Shown: one piece after another, positions 8,312-21,761 of the stretch
How the letters are laid out: each line of letters begins with the position of its first letter
Position numbering within the stretch: position 1 is the first letter of the stretch
Translations under genes and position numbers: made by a program
Notes under the pieces: generated by a model
Databases searched by the model: none
Told to the model about the DNA's origin: nothing
The model's input: only the letters and a program-made list of their open reading frames with translations
Assembly: GCA_043228905.1 (NCBI GenBank)
Contig: JBHGNT010000508.1
Location: 1-22,133 of the forward strand
From: Azolla caroliniana
Lineage: Eukaryota > Plantae > Polypodiophyta
Length of the DNA stretch: 22,133 nt
Reading direction: 5' to 3'

Positions 8312-8781
8312 TTTTGCTTCGAGTCGTGTTCTTTTCGTGCACAGTACAGGGATGGGTGACCACCCGGGAAGTCCTGGGCACGGGTTGCGTTCTTTTCCCG
8401 CCGGAGCCGTTCCCGTGCGCGTGGGCCTCTTGGCATTCGTAGAGGCGGACGAGAGCATAGGATGGGTGACGCGTAATGGGGGGCATTGTCATTCGGTGTG
8501 GGTTGAGAGTGTCATCCGTATCAACGAGAGGGCGTAAGAGGCTTTATGGGGTGGGCATGAGTGGCGAGGTTCGAATCCGGGCAGGGGATATATATATGTA
8601 TATATATATATACATGTAGTCTTTCTCTAGGATCCAAAGCCTTAGCCTTAGCCTTCGCCGGCGCCCGTCGCGCGTGCGGTTGGGACGGTGACGTGGTGGG
8701 TCCCTCGATCTTAGTTGTCCTCGTAGAGCATTTTTGTGTAGGTTGGCATAGCATTAGTACCTCGGAACGCAGGGCACTGTC

Positions 8782-8901
8782 GTGGTGCGGTCATACCAGC
8801 GCTAATACACCGGATCCCATCAGAACTCCGCAGTTAAGCGCGCTTGGGCCAGAACAGTACTGGGATGGGTGACCTCCCGGGAAGTCCTGGTGCTGCACCC
8901 T
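8782..8901 (+). rRNA. 5S rRNA gene (copy 15)
   Basis: Same sequence as copy 1. Confidence 0.98.
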
Positions 8902-9371
8902 TTTTGCTTCGAGTCGTGTTCTTTTCGTGCACAGTACAGGGATGGGTGACCACCCGGGAAGTCCTGGGCACGGGTTGCGTTCTTTTCCCGCCGGAGCCGT
9001 TCCCGTGCGCGTGGGCCTCTTGGCATTCGTAGAGGCGGACGAGAGCATAGGATGGGTGACGCGTAATGGGGGGCATTGTCATTCGGTGTGGGTTGAGAGT
9101 GTCATCCGTATCAACGAGAGGGCGTAAGAGGCTTTATGGGGTGGGCATGAGTGGCGAGGTTCGAATCCGGGCAGGGGATATATATATGTATATATATATA
9201 TACATGTAGTCTTTCTCTAGGATCCAAAGCCTTAGCCTTAGCCTTCGCCGGCGCCCGTCGCGCGTGCGGTTGGGACGGTGACGTGGTGGGTCCCTCGATC
9301 TTAGTTGTCCTCGTAGAGCATTTTTGTGTAGGTTGGCATAGCATTAGTACCTCGGAACGCAGGGCACTGTC

Positions 9372-9491
9372 GTGGTGCGGTCATACCAGCGCTAATACAC
9401 CGGATCCCATCAGAACTCCGCAGTTAAGCGCGCTTGGGCCAGAACAGTACTGGGATGGGTGACCTCCCGGGAAGTCCTGGTGCTGCACCCT
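9372..9491 (+). rRNA. 5S rRNA gene (copy 16)
   Basis: Same sequence as copy 1. Confidence 0.98.
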
Positions 9492-9961
9492 TTTTGCTTC
9501 GAGTCGTGTTCTTTTCGTGCACAGTACAGGGATGGGTGACCACCCGGGAAGTCCTGGGCACGGGTTGCGTTCTTTTCCCGCCGGAGCCGTTCCCGTGCGC
9601 GTGGGCCTCTTGGCATTCGTAGAGGCGGACGAGAGCATAGGATGGGTGACGCGTAATGGGGGGCATTGTCATTCGGTGTGGGTTGAGAGTGTCATCCGTA
9701 TCAACGAGAGGGCGTAAGAGGCTTTATGGGGTGGGCATGAGTGGCGAGGTTCGAATCCGGGCAGGGGATATATATATGTATATATATATATACATGTAGT
9801 CTTTCTCTAGGATCCAAAGCCTTAGCCTTAGCCTTCGCCGGCGCCCGTCGCGCGTGCGGTTGGGACGGTGACGTGGTGGGTCCCTCGATCTTAGTTGTCC
9901 TCGTAGAGCATTTTTGTGTAGGTTGGCATAGCATTAGTACCTCGGAACGCAGGGCACTGTC

Positions 9962-10081
9962 GTGGTGCGGTCATACCAGCGCTAATACACCGGATCCCAT
10001 CAGAACTCCGCAGTTAAGCGCGCTTGGGCCAGAACAGTACTGGGATGGGTGACCTCCCGGGAAGTCCTGGTGCTGCACCCT
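9962..10081 (+). rRNA. 5S rRNA gene (copy 17)
   Basis: Same sequence as copy 1. Confidence 0.98.
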
Positions 10082-10551
10082 TTTTGCTTCGAGTCGTGTT
10101 CTTTTCGTGCACAGTACAGGGATGGGTGACCACCCGGGAAGTCCTGGGCACGGGTTGCGTTCTTTTCCCGCCGGAGCCGTTCCCGTGCGCGTGGGCCTCT
10201 TGGCATTCGTAGAGGCGGACGAGAGCATAGGATGGGTGACGCGTAATGGGGGGCATTGTCATTCGGTGTGGGTTGAGAGTGTCATCCGTATCAACGAGAG
10301 GGCGTAAGAGGCTTTATGGGGTGGGCATGAGTGGCGAGGTTCGAATCCGGGCAGGGGATATATATATGTATATATATATATACATGTAGTCTTTCTCTAG
10401 GATCCAAAGCCTTAGCCTTAGCCTTCGCCGGCGCCCGTCGCGCGTGCGGTTGGGACGGTGACGTGGTGGGTCCCTCGATCTTAGTTGTCCTCGTAGAGCA
10501 TTTTTGTGTAGGTTGGCATAGCATTAGTACCTCGGAACGCAGGGCACTGTC

Positions 10552-10671
10552 GTGGTGCGGTCATACCAGCGCTAATACACCGGATCCCATCAGAACTCCG
10601 CAGTTAAGCGCGCTTGGGCCAGAACAGTACTGGGATGGGTGACCTCCCGGGAAGTCCTGGTGCTGCACCCT
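10552..10671 (+). rRNA. 5S rRNA gene (copy 18)
   Basis: Same sequence as copy 1. Confidence 0.98.
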
Positions 10672-11141
10672 TTTTGCTTCGAGTCGTGTTCTTTTCGTGC
10701 ACAGTACAGGGATGGGTGACCACCCGGGAAGTCCTGGGCACGGGTTGCGTTCTTTTCCCGCCGGAGCCGTTCCCGTGCGCGTGGGCCTCTTGGCATTCGT
10801 AGAGGCGGACGAGAGCATAGGATGGGTGACGCGTAATGGGGGGCATTGTCATTCGGTGTGGGTTGAGAGTGTCATCCGTATCAACGAGAGGGCGTAAGAG
10901 GCTTTATGGGGTGGGCATGAGTGGCGAGGTTCGAATCCGGGCAGGGGATATATATATGTATATATATATATACATGTAGTCTTTCTCTAGGATCCAAAGC
11001 CTTAGCCTTAGCCTTCGCCGGCGCCCGTCGCGCGTGCGGTTGGGACGGTGACGTGGTGGGTCCCTCGATCTTAGTTGTCCTCGTAGAGCATTTTTGTGTA
11101 GGTTGGCATAGCATTAGTACCTCGGAACGCAGGGCACTGTC

Positions 11142-11261
11142 GTGGTGCGGTCATACCAGCGCTAATACACCGGATCCCATCAGAACTCCGCAGTTAAGCG
11201 CGCTTGGGCCAGAACAGTACTGGGATGGGTGACCTCCCGGGAAGTCCTGGTGCTGCACCCT
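11142..11261 (+). rRNA. 5S rRNA gene (copy 19)
   Basis: Same sequence as copy 1. Confidence 0.98.
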
Positions 11262-11731
11262 TTTTGCTTCGAGTCGTGTTCTTTTCGTGCACAGTACAGG
11301 GATGGGTGACCACCCGGGAAGTCCTGGGCACGGGTTGCGTTCTTTTCCCGCCGGAGCCGTTCCCGTGCGCGTGGGCCTCTTGGCATTCGTAGAGGCGGAC
11401 GAGAGCATAGGATGGGTGACGCGTAATGGGGGGCATTGTCATTCGGTGTGGGTTGAGAGTGTCATCCGTATCAACGAGAGGGCGTAAGAGGCTTTATGGG
11501 GTGGGCATGAGTGGCGAGGTTCGAATCCGGGCAGGGGATATATATATGTATATATATATATACATGTAGTCTTTCTCTAGGATCCAAAGCCTTAGCCTTA
11601 GCCTTCGCCGGCGCCCGTCGCGCGTGCGGTTGGGACGGTGACGTGGTGGGTCCCTCGATCTTAGTTGTCCTCGTAGAGCATTTTTGTGTAGGTTGGCATA
11701 GCATTAGTACCTCGGAACGCAGGGCACTGTC

Positions 11732-11851
11732 GTGGTGCGGTCATACCAGCGCTAATACACCGGATCCCATCAGAACTCCGTAGTTAAGCGCGCTTGGGCC
11801 AGAACAGTACTGGGATGGGTGACCTCCCGGGAAGTCCTGGTGCTGCACCCT
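11732..11851 (+). rRNA. 5S rRNA gene (copy 20; C>T variant at 11781)
   Basis: As copy 1 except CTCCGTAGTTAAG instead of CTCCGCAGTTAAG. Confidence 0.97.
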
Positions 11852-12321
11852 TTTTGCTTCGAGTCGTGTTCTTTTCGTGCACAGTACAGGGATGGGTGAC
11901 CACCCGGGAAGTCCTGGGCACGGGTTGCGTTCTTTTCCCGCCGGAGCCGTTCCCGTGCGCGTGGGCCTCTTGGCATTCGTAGAGGCGGACGAGAGCATAG
12001 GATGGGTGACGCGTAATGGGGGGCATTGTCATTCGGTGTGGGTTGAGAGTGTCATCCGTATCAACGAGAGGGCGTAAGAGGCTTTATGGGGTGGGCATGA
12101 GTGGCGAGGTTCGAATCCGGGCAGGGGATATATATATGTATATATATATATACATGTAGTCTTTCTCTAGGATCCAAAGCCTTAGCCTTAGCCTTCGCCG
12201 GCGCCCGTCGCGCGTGCGGTTGGGACGGTGACGTGGTGGGTCCCTCGATCTTAGTTGTCCTCGTAGAGCATTTTTGTGTAGGTTGGCATAGCATTAGTAC
12301 CTCGGAACGCAGGGCACTGTC

Positions 12322-12441
12322 GTGGTGCGGTCATACCAGCGCTAATACACCGGATCCCATCAGAACTCCGCAGTTAAGCGCGCTTGGGCCAGAACAGTAC
12401 TGGGATGGGTGACCTCCCGGGAAGTCCTGGTGCTGCACCCT
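12322..12441 (+). rRNA. 5S rRNA gene (copy 21)
   Basis: Same sequence as copy 1. Confidence 0.98.
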
Positions 12442-12911
12442 TTTTGCTTCGAGTCGTGTTCTTTTCGTGCACAGTACAGGGATGGGTGACCACCCGGGAA
12501 GTCCTGGGCACGGGTTGCGTTCTTTTCCCGCCGGAGCCGTTCCCGTGCGCGTGGGCCTCTTGGCATTCGTAGAGGCGGACGAGAGCATAGGATGGGTGAC
12601 GCGTAATGGGGGGCATTGTCATTCGGTGTGGGTTGAGAGTGTCATCCGTATCAACGAGAGGGCGTAAGAGGCTTTATGGGGTGGGCATGAGTGGCGAGGT
12701 TCGAATCCGGGCAGGGGATATATATATGTATATATATATATACATGTAGTCTTTCTCTAGGATCCAAAGCCTTAGCCTTAGCCTTCGCCGGCGCCCGTCG
12801 CGCGTGCGGTTGGGACGGTGACGTGGTGGGTCCCTCGATCTTAGTTGTCCTCGTAGAGCATTTTTGTGTAGGTTGGCATAGCATTAGTACCTCGGAACGC
12901 AGGGCACTGTC

Positions 12912-13031
12912 GTGGTGCGGTCATACCAGCGCTAATACACCGGATCCCATCAGAACTCCGCAGTTAAGCGCGCTTGGGCCAGAACAGTACTGGGATGGGT
13001 GACCTCCCGGGAAGTCCTGGTGCTGCACCCT
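12912..13031 (+). rRNA. 5S rRNA gene (copy 22)
   Basis: Same sequence as copy 1. Confidence 0.98.
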
Positions 13032-13501
13032 TTTTGCTTCGAGTCGTGTTCTTTTCGTGCACAGTACAGGGATGGGTGACCACCCGGGAAGTCCTGGGCA
13101 CGGGTTGCGTTCTTTTCCCGCCGGAGCCGTTCCCGTGCGCGTGGGCCTCTTGGCATTCGTAGAGGCGGACGAGAGCATAGGATGGGTGACGCGTAATGGG
13201 GGGCATTGTCATTCGGTGTGGGTTGAGAGTGTCATCCGTATCAACGAGAGGGCGTAAGAGGCTTTATGGGGTGGGCATGAGTGGCGAGGTTCGAATCCGG
13301 GCAGGGGATATATATATGTATATATATATATACATGTAGTCTTTCTCTAGGATCCAAAGCCTTAGCCTTAGCCTTCGCCGGCGCCCGTCGCGCGTGCGGT
13401 TGGGACGGTGACGTGGTGGGTCCCTCGATCTTAGTTGTCCTCGTAGAGCATTTTTGTGTAGGTTGGCATAGCATTAGTACCTCGGAACGCAGGGCACTGT
13501 C

Positions 13502-13621
13502 GTGGTGCGGTCATACCAGCGCTAATACACCGGATCCCATCAGAACTCCGCAGTTAAGCGCGCTTGGGCCAGAACAGTACTGGGATGGGTGACCTCCCGG
13601 GAAGTCCTGGTGCTGCACCCT
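13502..13621 (+). rRNA. 5S rRNA gene (copy 23)
   Basis: Same sequence as copy 1. Confidence 0.98.
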
Positions 13622-14091
13622 TTTTGCTTCGAGTCGTGTTCTTTTCGTGCACAGTACAGGGATGGGTGACCACCCGGGAAGTCCTGGGCACGGGTTGCGT
13701 TCTTTTCCCGCCGGAGCCGTTCCCGTGCGCGTGGGCCTCTTGGCATTCGTAGAGGCGGACGAGAGCATAGGATGGGTGACGCGTAATGGGGGGCATTGTC
13801 ATTCGGTGTGGGTTGAGAGTGTCATCCGTATCAACGAGAGGGCGTAAGAGGCTTTATGGGGTGGGCATGAGTGGCGAGGTTCGAATCCGGGCAGGGGATA
13901 TATATATGTATATATATATATACATGTAGTCTTTCTCTAGGATCCAAAGCCTTAGCCTTAGCCTTCGCCGGCGCCCGTCGCGCGTGCGGTTGGGACGGTG
14001 ACGTGGTGGGTCCCTCGATCTTAGTTGTCCTCGTAGAGCATTTTTGTGTAGGTTGGCATAGCATTAGTACCTCGGAACGCAGGGCACTGTC

Positions 14092-14211
14092 GTGGTGCGG
14101 TCATACCAGCGCTAATACACCGGATCCCATCAGAACTCCGCAGTTAAGCGCGCTTGGGCCAGAACAGTACTGGGATGGGTGACCTCCCGGGAAGTCCTGG
14201 TGCTGCACCCT
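14092..14211 (+). rRNA. 5S rRNA gene (copy 24)
   Basis: Same sequence as copy 1. Confidence 0.98.
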
Positions 14212-14681
14212 TTTTGCTTCGAGTCGTGTTCTTTTCGTGCACAGTACAGGGATGGGTGACCACCCGGGAAGTCCTGGGCACGGGTTGCGTTCTTTTCCCG
14301 CCGGAGCCGTTCCCGTGCGCGTGGGCCTCTTGGCATTCGTAGAGGCGGACGAGAGCATAGGATGGGTGACGCGTAATGGGGGGCATTGTCATTCGGTGTG
14401 GGTTGAGAGTGTCATCCGTATCAACGAGAGGGCGTAAGAGGCTTTATGGGGTGGGCATGAGTGGCGAGGTTCGAATCCGGGCAGGGGATATATATATGTA
14501 TATATATATATACATGTAGTCTTTCTCTAGGATCCAAAGCCTTAGCCTTAGCCTTCGCCGGCGCCCGTCGCGCGTGCGGTTGGGACGGTGACGTGGTGGG
14601 TCCCTCGATCTTAGTTGTCCTCGTAGAGCATTTTTGTGTAGGTTGGCATAGCATTAGTACCTCGGAACGCAGGGCACTGTC

Positions 14682-14801
14682 GTGGTGCGGTCATACCAGC
14701 GCTAATACACCGGATCCCATCAGAACTCCGCAGTTAAGCGCGCTTGGGCCAGAACAGTACTGGGATGGGTGACCTCCCGGGAAGTCCTGGTGCTGCACCC
14801 T
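14682..14801 (+). rRNA. 5S rRNA gene (copy 25)
   Basis: Same sequence as copy 1. Confidence 0.98.
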
Positions 14802-15271
14802 TTTTGCTTCGAGTCGTGTTCTTTTCGTGCACAGTACAGGGATGGGTGACCACCCGGGAAGTCCTGGGCACGGGTTGCGTTCTTTTCCCGCCGGAGCCGT
14901 TCCCGTGCGCGTGGGCCTCTTGGCATTCGTAGAGGCGGACGAGAGCATAGGATGGGTGACGCGTAATGGGGGGCATTGTCATTCGGTGTGGGTTGAGAGT
15001 GTCATCCGTATCAACGAGAGGGCGTAAGAGGCTTTATGGGGTGGGCATGAGTGGCGAGGTTCGAATCCGGGCAGGGGATATATATATGTATATATATATA
15101 TACATGTAGTCTTTCTCTAGGATCCAAAGCCTTAGCCTTAGCCTTCGCCGGCGCCCGTCGCGCGTGCGGTTGGGACGGTGACGTGGTGGGTCCCTCGATC
15201 TTAGTTGTCCTCGTAGAGCATTTTTGTGTAGGTTGGCATAGCATTAGTACCTCGGAACGCAGGGCACTGTC

Positions 15272-15391
15272 GTGGTGCGGTCATACCAGCGCTAATACAC
15301 CGGATCCCATCAGAACTCCGCAGTTAAGCGCGCTTGGGCCAGAACAGTACTGGGATGGGTGACCTCCCGGGAAGTCCTGGTGCTGCACCCT
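15272..15391 (+). rRNA. 5S rRNA gene (copy 26)
   Basis: Same sequence as copy 1. Confidence 0.98.
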
Positions 15392-15861
15392 TTTTGCTTC
15401 GAGTCGTGTTCTTTTCGTGCACAGTACAGGGATGGGTGACCACCCGGGAAGTCCTGGGCACGGGTTGCGTTCTTTTCCCGCCGGAGCCGTTCCCGTGCGC
15501 GTGGGCCTCTTGGCATTCGTAGAGGCGGACGAGAGCATAGGATGGGTGACGCGTAATGGGGGGCATTGTCATTCGGTGTGGGTTGAGAGTGTCATCCGTA
15601 TCAACGAGAGGGCGTAAGAGGCTTTATGGGGTGGGCATGAGTGGCGAGGTTCGAATCCGGGCAGGGGATATATATATGTATATATATATATACATGTAGT
15701 CTTTCTCTAGGATCCAAAGCCTTAGCCTTAGCCTTCGCCGGCGCCCGTCGCGCGTGCGGTTGGGACGGTGACGTGGTGGGTCCCTCGATCTTAGTTGTCC
15801 TCGTAGAGCATTTTTGTGTAGGTTGGCATAGCATTAGTACCTCGGAACGCAGGGCACTGTC

Positions 15862-15981
15862 GTGGTGCGGTCATACCAGCGCTAATACACCGGATCCCAT
15901 CAGAACTCCGCAGTTAAGCGCGCTTGGGCCAGAACAGTACTGGGATGGGTGACCTCCCGGGAAGTCCTGGTGCTGCACCCT
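15862..15981 (+). rRNA. 5S rRNA gene (copy 27)
   Basis: Same sequence as copy 1. Confidence 0.98.
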
Positions 15982-16451
15982 TTTTGCTTCGAGTCGTGTT
16001 CTTTTCGTGCACAGTACAGGGATGGGTGACCACCCGGGAAGTCCTGGGCACGGGTTGCGTTCTTTTCCCGCCGGAGCCGTTCCCGTGCGCGTGGGCCTCT
16101 TGGCATTCGTAGAGGCGGACGAGAGCATAGGATGGGTGACGCGTAATGGGGGGCATTGTCATTCGGTGTGGGTTGAGAGTGTCATCCGTATCAACGAGAG
16201 GGCGTAAGAGGCTTTATGGGGTGGGCATGAGTGGCGAGGTTCGAATCCGGGCAGGGGATATATATATGTATATATATATATACATGTAGTCTTTCTCTAG
16301 GATCCAAAGCCTTAGCCTTAGCCTTCGCCGGCGCCCGTCGCGCGTGCGGTTGGGACGGTGACGTGGTGGGTCCCTCGATCTTAGTTGTCCTCGTAGAGCA
16401 TTTTTGTGTAGGTTGGCATAGCATTAGTACCTCGGAACGCAGGGCACTGTC

Positions 16452-16571
16452 GTGGTGCGGTCATACCAGCGCTAATACACCGGATCCCATCAGAACTCCG
16501 CAGTTAAGCGCGCTTGGGCCAGAACAGTACTGGGATGGGTGACCTCCCGGGAAGTCCTGGTGCTGCACCCT
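16452..16571 (+). rRNA. 5S rRNA gene (copy 28)
   Basis: Same sequence as copy 1. Confidence 0.98.
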
Positions 16572-17041
16572 TTTTGCTTCGAGTCGTGTTCTTTTCGTGC
16601 ACAGTACAGGGATGGGTGACCACCCGGGAAGTCCTGGGCACGGGTTGCGTTCTTTTCCCGCCGGAGCCGTTCCCGTGCGCGTGGGCCTCTTGGCATTCGT
16701 AGAGGCGGACGAGAGCATAGGATGGGTGACGCGTAATGGGGGGCATTGTCATTCGGTGTGGGTTGAGAGTGTCATCCGTATCAACGAGAGGGCGTAAGAG
16801 GCTTTATGGGGTGGGCATGAGTGGCGAGGTTCGAATCCGGGCAGGGGATATATATATGTATATATATATATACATGTAGTCTTTCTCTAGGATCCAAAGC
16901 CTTAGCCTTAGCCTTCGCCGGCGCCCGTCGCGCGTGCGGTTGGGACGGTGACGTGGTGGGTCCCTCGATCTTAGTTGTCCTCGTAGAGCATTTTTGTGTA
17001 GGTTGGCATAGCATTAGTACCTCGGAACGCAGGGCACTGTC

Positions 17042-17161
17042 GTGGTGCGGTCATACCAGCGCTAATACACCGGATCCCATCAGAACTCCGCAGTTAAGCG
17101 CGCTTGGGCCAGAACAGTACTGGGATGGGTGACCTCCCGGGAAGTCCTGGTGCTGCACCCT
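17042..17161 (+). rRNA. 5S rRNA gene (copy 29)
   Basis: Same sequence as copy 1. Confidence 0.98.
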
Positions 17162-17631
17162 TTTTGCTTCGAGTCGTGTTCTTTTCGTGCACAGTACAGG
17201 GATGGGTGACCACCCGGGAAGTCCTGGGCACGGGTTGCGTTCTTTTCCCGCCGGAGCCGTTCCCGTGCGCGTGGGCCTCTTGGCATTCGTAGAGGCGGAC
17301 GAGAGCATAGGATGGGTGACGCGTAATGGGGGGCATTGTCATTCGGTGTGGGTTGAGAGTGTCATCCGTATCAACGAGAGGGCGTAAGAGGCTTTATGGG
17401 GTGGGCATGAGTGGCGAGGTTCGAATCCGGGCAGGGGATATATATATGTATATATATATATACATGTAGTCTTTCTCTAGGATCCAAAGCCTTAGCCTTA
17501 GCCTTCGCCGGCGCCCGTCGCGCGTGCGGTTGGGACGGTGACGTGGTGGGTCCCTCGATCTTAGTTGTCCTCGTAGAGCATTTTTGTGTAGGTTGGCATA
17601 GCATTAGTACCTCGGAACGCAGGGCACTGTC

Positions 17632-17751
17632 GTGGTGCGGTCATACCAGCGCTAATACACCGGATCCCATCAGAACTCCGCAGTTAAGCGCGCTTGGGCC
17701 AGAACAGTACTGGGATGGGTGACCTCCCGGGAAGTCCTGGTGCTGCACCCT
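17632..17751 (+). rRNA. 5S rRNA gene (copy 30)
   Basis: Same sequence as copy 1. Confidence 0.98.
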
Positions 17752-18221
17752 TTTTGCTTCGAGTCGTGTTCTTTTCGTGCACAGTACAGGGATGGGTGAC
17801 CACCCGGGAAGTCCTGGGCACGGGTTGCGTTCTTTTCCCGCCGGAGCCGTTCCCGTGCGCGTGGGCCTCTTGGCATTCGTAGAGGCGGACGAGAGCATAG
17901 GATGGGTGACGCGTAATGGGGGGCATTGTCATTCGGTGTGGGTTGAGAGTGTCATCCGTATCAACGAGAGGGCGTAAGAGGCTTTATGGGGTGGGCATGA
18001 GTGGCGAGGTTCGAATCCGGGCAGGGGATATATATATGTATATATATATATACATGTAGTCTTTCTCTAGGATCCAAAGCCTTAGCCTTAGCCTTCGCCG
18101 GCGCCCGTCGCGCGTGCGGTTGGGACGGTGACGTGGTGGGTCCCTCGATCTTAGTTGTCCTCGTAGAGCATTTTTGTGTAGGTTGGCATAGCATTAGTAC
18201 CTCGGAACGCAGGGCACTGTC

Positions 18222-18341
18222 GTGGTGCGGTCATACCAGCGCTAATACACCGGATCCCATCAGAACTCCGCAGTTAAGCGCGCTTGGGCCAGAACAGTAC
18301 TGGGATGGGTGACCTCCCGGGAAGTCCTGGTGCTGCACCCT
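18222..18341 (+). rRNA. 5S rRNA gene (copy 31)
   Basis: Same sequence as copy 1. Confidence 0.98.
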
Positions 18342-18811
18342 TTTTGCTTCGAGTCGTGTTCTTTTCGTGCACAGTACAGGGATGGGTGACCACCCGGGAA
18401 GTCCTGGGCACGGGTTGCGTTCTTTTCCCGCCGGAGCCGTTCCCGTGCGCGTGGGCCTCTTGGCATTCGTAGAGGCGGACGAGAGCATAGGATGGGTGAC
18501 GCGTAATGGGGGGCATTGTCATTCGGTGTGGGTTGAGAGTGTCATCCGTATCAACGAGAGGGCGTAAGAGGCTTTATGGGGTGGGCATGAGTGGCGAGGT
18601 TCGAATCCGGGCAGGGGATATATATATGTATATATATATATACATGTAGTCTTTCTCTAGGATCCAAAGCCTTAGCCTTAGCCTTCGCCGGCGCCCGTCG
18701 CGCGTGCGGTTGGGACGGTGACGTGGTGGGTCCCTCGATCTTAGTTGTCCTCGTAGAGCATTTTTGTGTAGGTTGGCATAGCATTAGTACCTCGGAACGC
18801 AGGGCACTGTC

Positions 18812-18931
18812 GTGGTGCGGTCATACCAGCGCTAATACACCGGATCCCATCAGAACTCCGCAGTTAAGCGCGCTTGGGCCAGAACAGTACTGGGATGGGT
18901 GACCTCCCGGGAAGTCCTGGTGCTGCACCCT
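18812..18931 (+). rRNA. 5S rRNA gene (copy 32)
   Basis: Same sequence as copy 1. Confidence 0.98.
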
Positions 18932-19401
18932 TTTTGCTTCGAGTCGTGTTCTTTTCGTGCACAGTACAGGGATGGGTGACCACCCGGGAAGTCCTGGGCA
19001 CGGGTTGCGTTCTTTTCCCGCCGGAGCCGTTCCCGTGCGCGTGGGCCTCTTGGCATTCGTAGAGGCGGACGAGAGCATAGGATGGGTGACGCGTAATGGG
19101 GGGCATTGTCATTCGGTGTGGGTTGAGAGTGTCATCCGTATCAACGAGAGGGCGTAAGAGGCTTTATGGGGTGGGCATGAGTGGCGAGGTTCGAATCCGG
19201 GCAGGGGATATATATATGTATATATATATATACATGTAGTCTTTCTCTAGGATCCAAAGCCTTAGCCTTAGCCTTCGCCGGCGCCCGTCGCGCGTGCGGT
19301 TGGGACGGTGACGTGGTGGGTCCCTCGATCTTAGTTGTCCTCGTAGAGCATTTTTGTGTAGGTTGGCATAGCATTAGTACCTCGGAACGCAGGGCACTGT
19401 C

Positions 19402-19521
19402 GTGGTGCGGTCATACCAGCGCTAATACACCGGATCCCATCAGAACTCCGCAGTTAAGCGCGCTTGGGCCAGAACAGTACTGGGATGGGTGACCTCCCGG
19501 GAAGTCCTGGTGCTGCACCCT
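19402..19521 (+). rRNA. 5S rRNA gene (copy 33)
   Basis: Same sequence as copy 1. Confidence 0.98.
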
Positions 19522-19991
19522 TTTTGCTTCGAGTCGTGTTCTTTTCGTGCACAGTACAGGGATGGGTGACCACCCGGGAAGTCCTGGGCACGGGTTGCGT
19601 TCTTTTCCCGCCGGAGCCGTTCCCGTGCGCGTGGGCCTCTTGGCATTCGTAGAGGCGGACGAGAGCATAGGATGGGTGACGCGTAATGGGGGGCATTGTC
19701 ATTCGGTGTGGGTTGAGAGTGTCATCCGTATCAACGAGAGGGCGTAAGAGGCTTTATGGGGTGGGCATGAGTGGCGAGGTTCGAATCCGGGCAGGGGATA
19801 TATATATGTATATATATATATACATGTAGTCTTTCTCTAGGATCCAAAGCCTTAGCCTTAGCCTTCGCCGGCGCCCGTCGCGCGTGCGGTTGGGACGGTG
19901 ACGTGGTGGGTCCCTCGATCTTAGTTGTCCTCGTAGAGCATTTTTGTGTAGGTTGGCATAGCATTAGTACCTCGGAACGCAGGGCACTGTC

Positions 19992-20111
19992 GTGGTGCGG
20001 TCATACCAGCGCTAATACACCGGATCCCATCAGAACTCCGCAGTTAAGCGCGCTTGGGCCAGAACAGTACTGGGATGGGTGACCTCCCGGGAAGTCCTGG
20101 TGCTGCACCCT
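19992..20111 (+). rRNA. 5S rRNA gene (copy 34)
   Basis: Same sequence as copy 1. Confidence 0.98.
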
Positions 20112-20581
20112 TTTTGCTTCGAGTCGTGTTCTTTTCGTGCACAGTACAGGGATGGGTGACCACCCGGGAAGTCCTGGGCACGGGTTGCGTTCTTTTCCCG
20201 CCGGAGCCGTTCCCGTGCGCGTGGGCCTCTTGGCATTCGTAGAGGCGGACGAGAGCATAGGATGGGTGACGCGTAATGGGGGGCATTGTCATTCGGTGTG
20301 GGTTGAGAGTGTCATCCGTATCAACGAGAGGGCGTAAGAGGCTTTATGGGGTGGGCATGAGTGGCGAGGTTCGAATCCGGGCAGGGGATATATATATGTA
20401 TATATATATATACATGTAGTCTTTCTCTAGGATCCAAAGCCTTAGCCTTAGCCTTCGCCGGCGCCCGTCGCGCGTGCGGTTGGGACGGTGACGTGGTGGG
20501 TCCCTCGATCTTAGTTGTCCTCGTAGAGCATTTTTGTGTAGGTTGGCATAGCATTAGTACCTCGGAACGCAGGGCACTGTC

Positions 20582-20701
20582 GTGGTGCGGTCATACCAGC
20601 GCTAATACACCGGATCCCATCAGAACTCCGCAGTTAAGCGCGCTTGGGCCAGAACAGTACTGGGATGGGTGACCTCCCGGGAAGTCCTGGTGCTGCACCC
20701 T
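20582..20701 (+). rRNA. 5S rRNA gene (copy 35)
   Basis: Same sequence as copy 1. Confidence 0.98.
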
Positions 20702-21171
20702 TTTTGCTTCGAGTCGTGTTCTTTTCGTGCACAGTACAGGGATGGGTGACCACCCGGGAAGTCCTGGGCACGGGTTGCGTTCTTTTCCCGCCGGAGCCGT
20801 TCCCGTGCGCGTGGGCCTCTTGGCATTCGTAGAGGCGGACGAGAGCATAGGATGGGTGACGCGTAATGGGGGGCATTGTCATTCGGTGTGGGTTGAGAGT
20901 GTCATCCGTATCAACGAGAGGGCGTAAGAGGCTTTATGGGGTGGGCATGAGTGGCGAGGTTCGAATCCGGGCAGGGGATATATATATGTATATATATATA
21001 TACATGTAGTCTTTCTCTAGGATCCAAAGCCTTAGCCTTAGCCTTCGCCGGCGCCCGTCGCGCGTGCGGTTGGGACGGTGACGTGGTGGGTCCCTCGATC
21101 TTAGTTGTCCTCGTAGAGCATTTTTGTGTAGGTTGGCATAGCATTAGTACCTCGGAACGCAGGGCACTGTC

Positions 21172-21291
21172 GTGGTGCGGTCATACCAGCGCTAATACAC
21201 CGGATCCCATCAGAACTCCGCAGTTAAGCGCGCTTGGGCCAGAACAGTACTGGGATGGGTGACCTCCCGGGAAGTCCTGGTGCTGCACCCT
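21172..21291 (+). rRNA. 5S rRNA gene (copy 36)
   Basis: Same sequence as copy 1. Confidence 0.98.
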
Positions 21292-21761
21292 TTTTGCTTC
21301 GAGTCGTGTTCTTTTCGTGCACAGTACAGGGATGGGTGACCACCCGGGAAGTCCTGGGCACGGGTTGCGTTCTTTTCCCGCCGGAGCCGTTCCCGTGCGC
21401 GTGGGCCTCTTGGCATTCGTAGAGGCGGACGAGAGCATAGGATGGGTGACGCGTAATGGGGGGCATTGTCATTCGGTGTGGGTTGAGAGTGTCATCCGTA
21501 TCAACGAGAGGGCGTAAGAGGCTTTATGGGGTGGGCATGAGTGGCGAGGTTCGAATCCGGGCAGGGGATATATATATGTATATATATATATACATGTAGT
21601 CTTTCTCTAGGATCCAAAGCCTTAGCCTTAGCCTTCGCCGGCGCCCGTCGCGCGTGCGGTTGGGACGGTGACGTGGTGGGTCCCTCGATCTTAGTTGTCC
21701 TCGTAGAGCATTTTTGTGTAGGTTGGCATAGCATTAGTACCTCGGAACGCAGGGCACTGTC

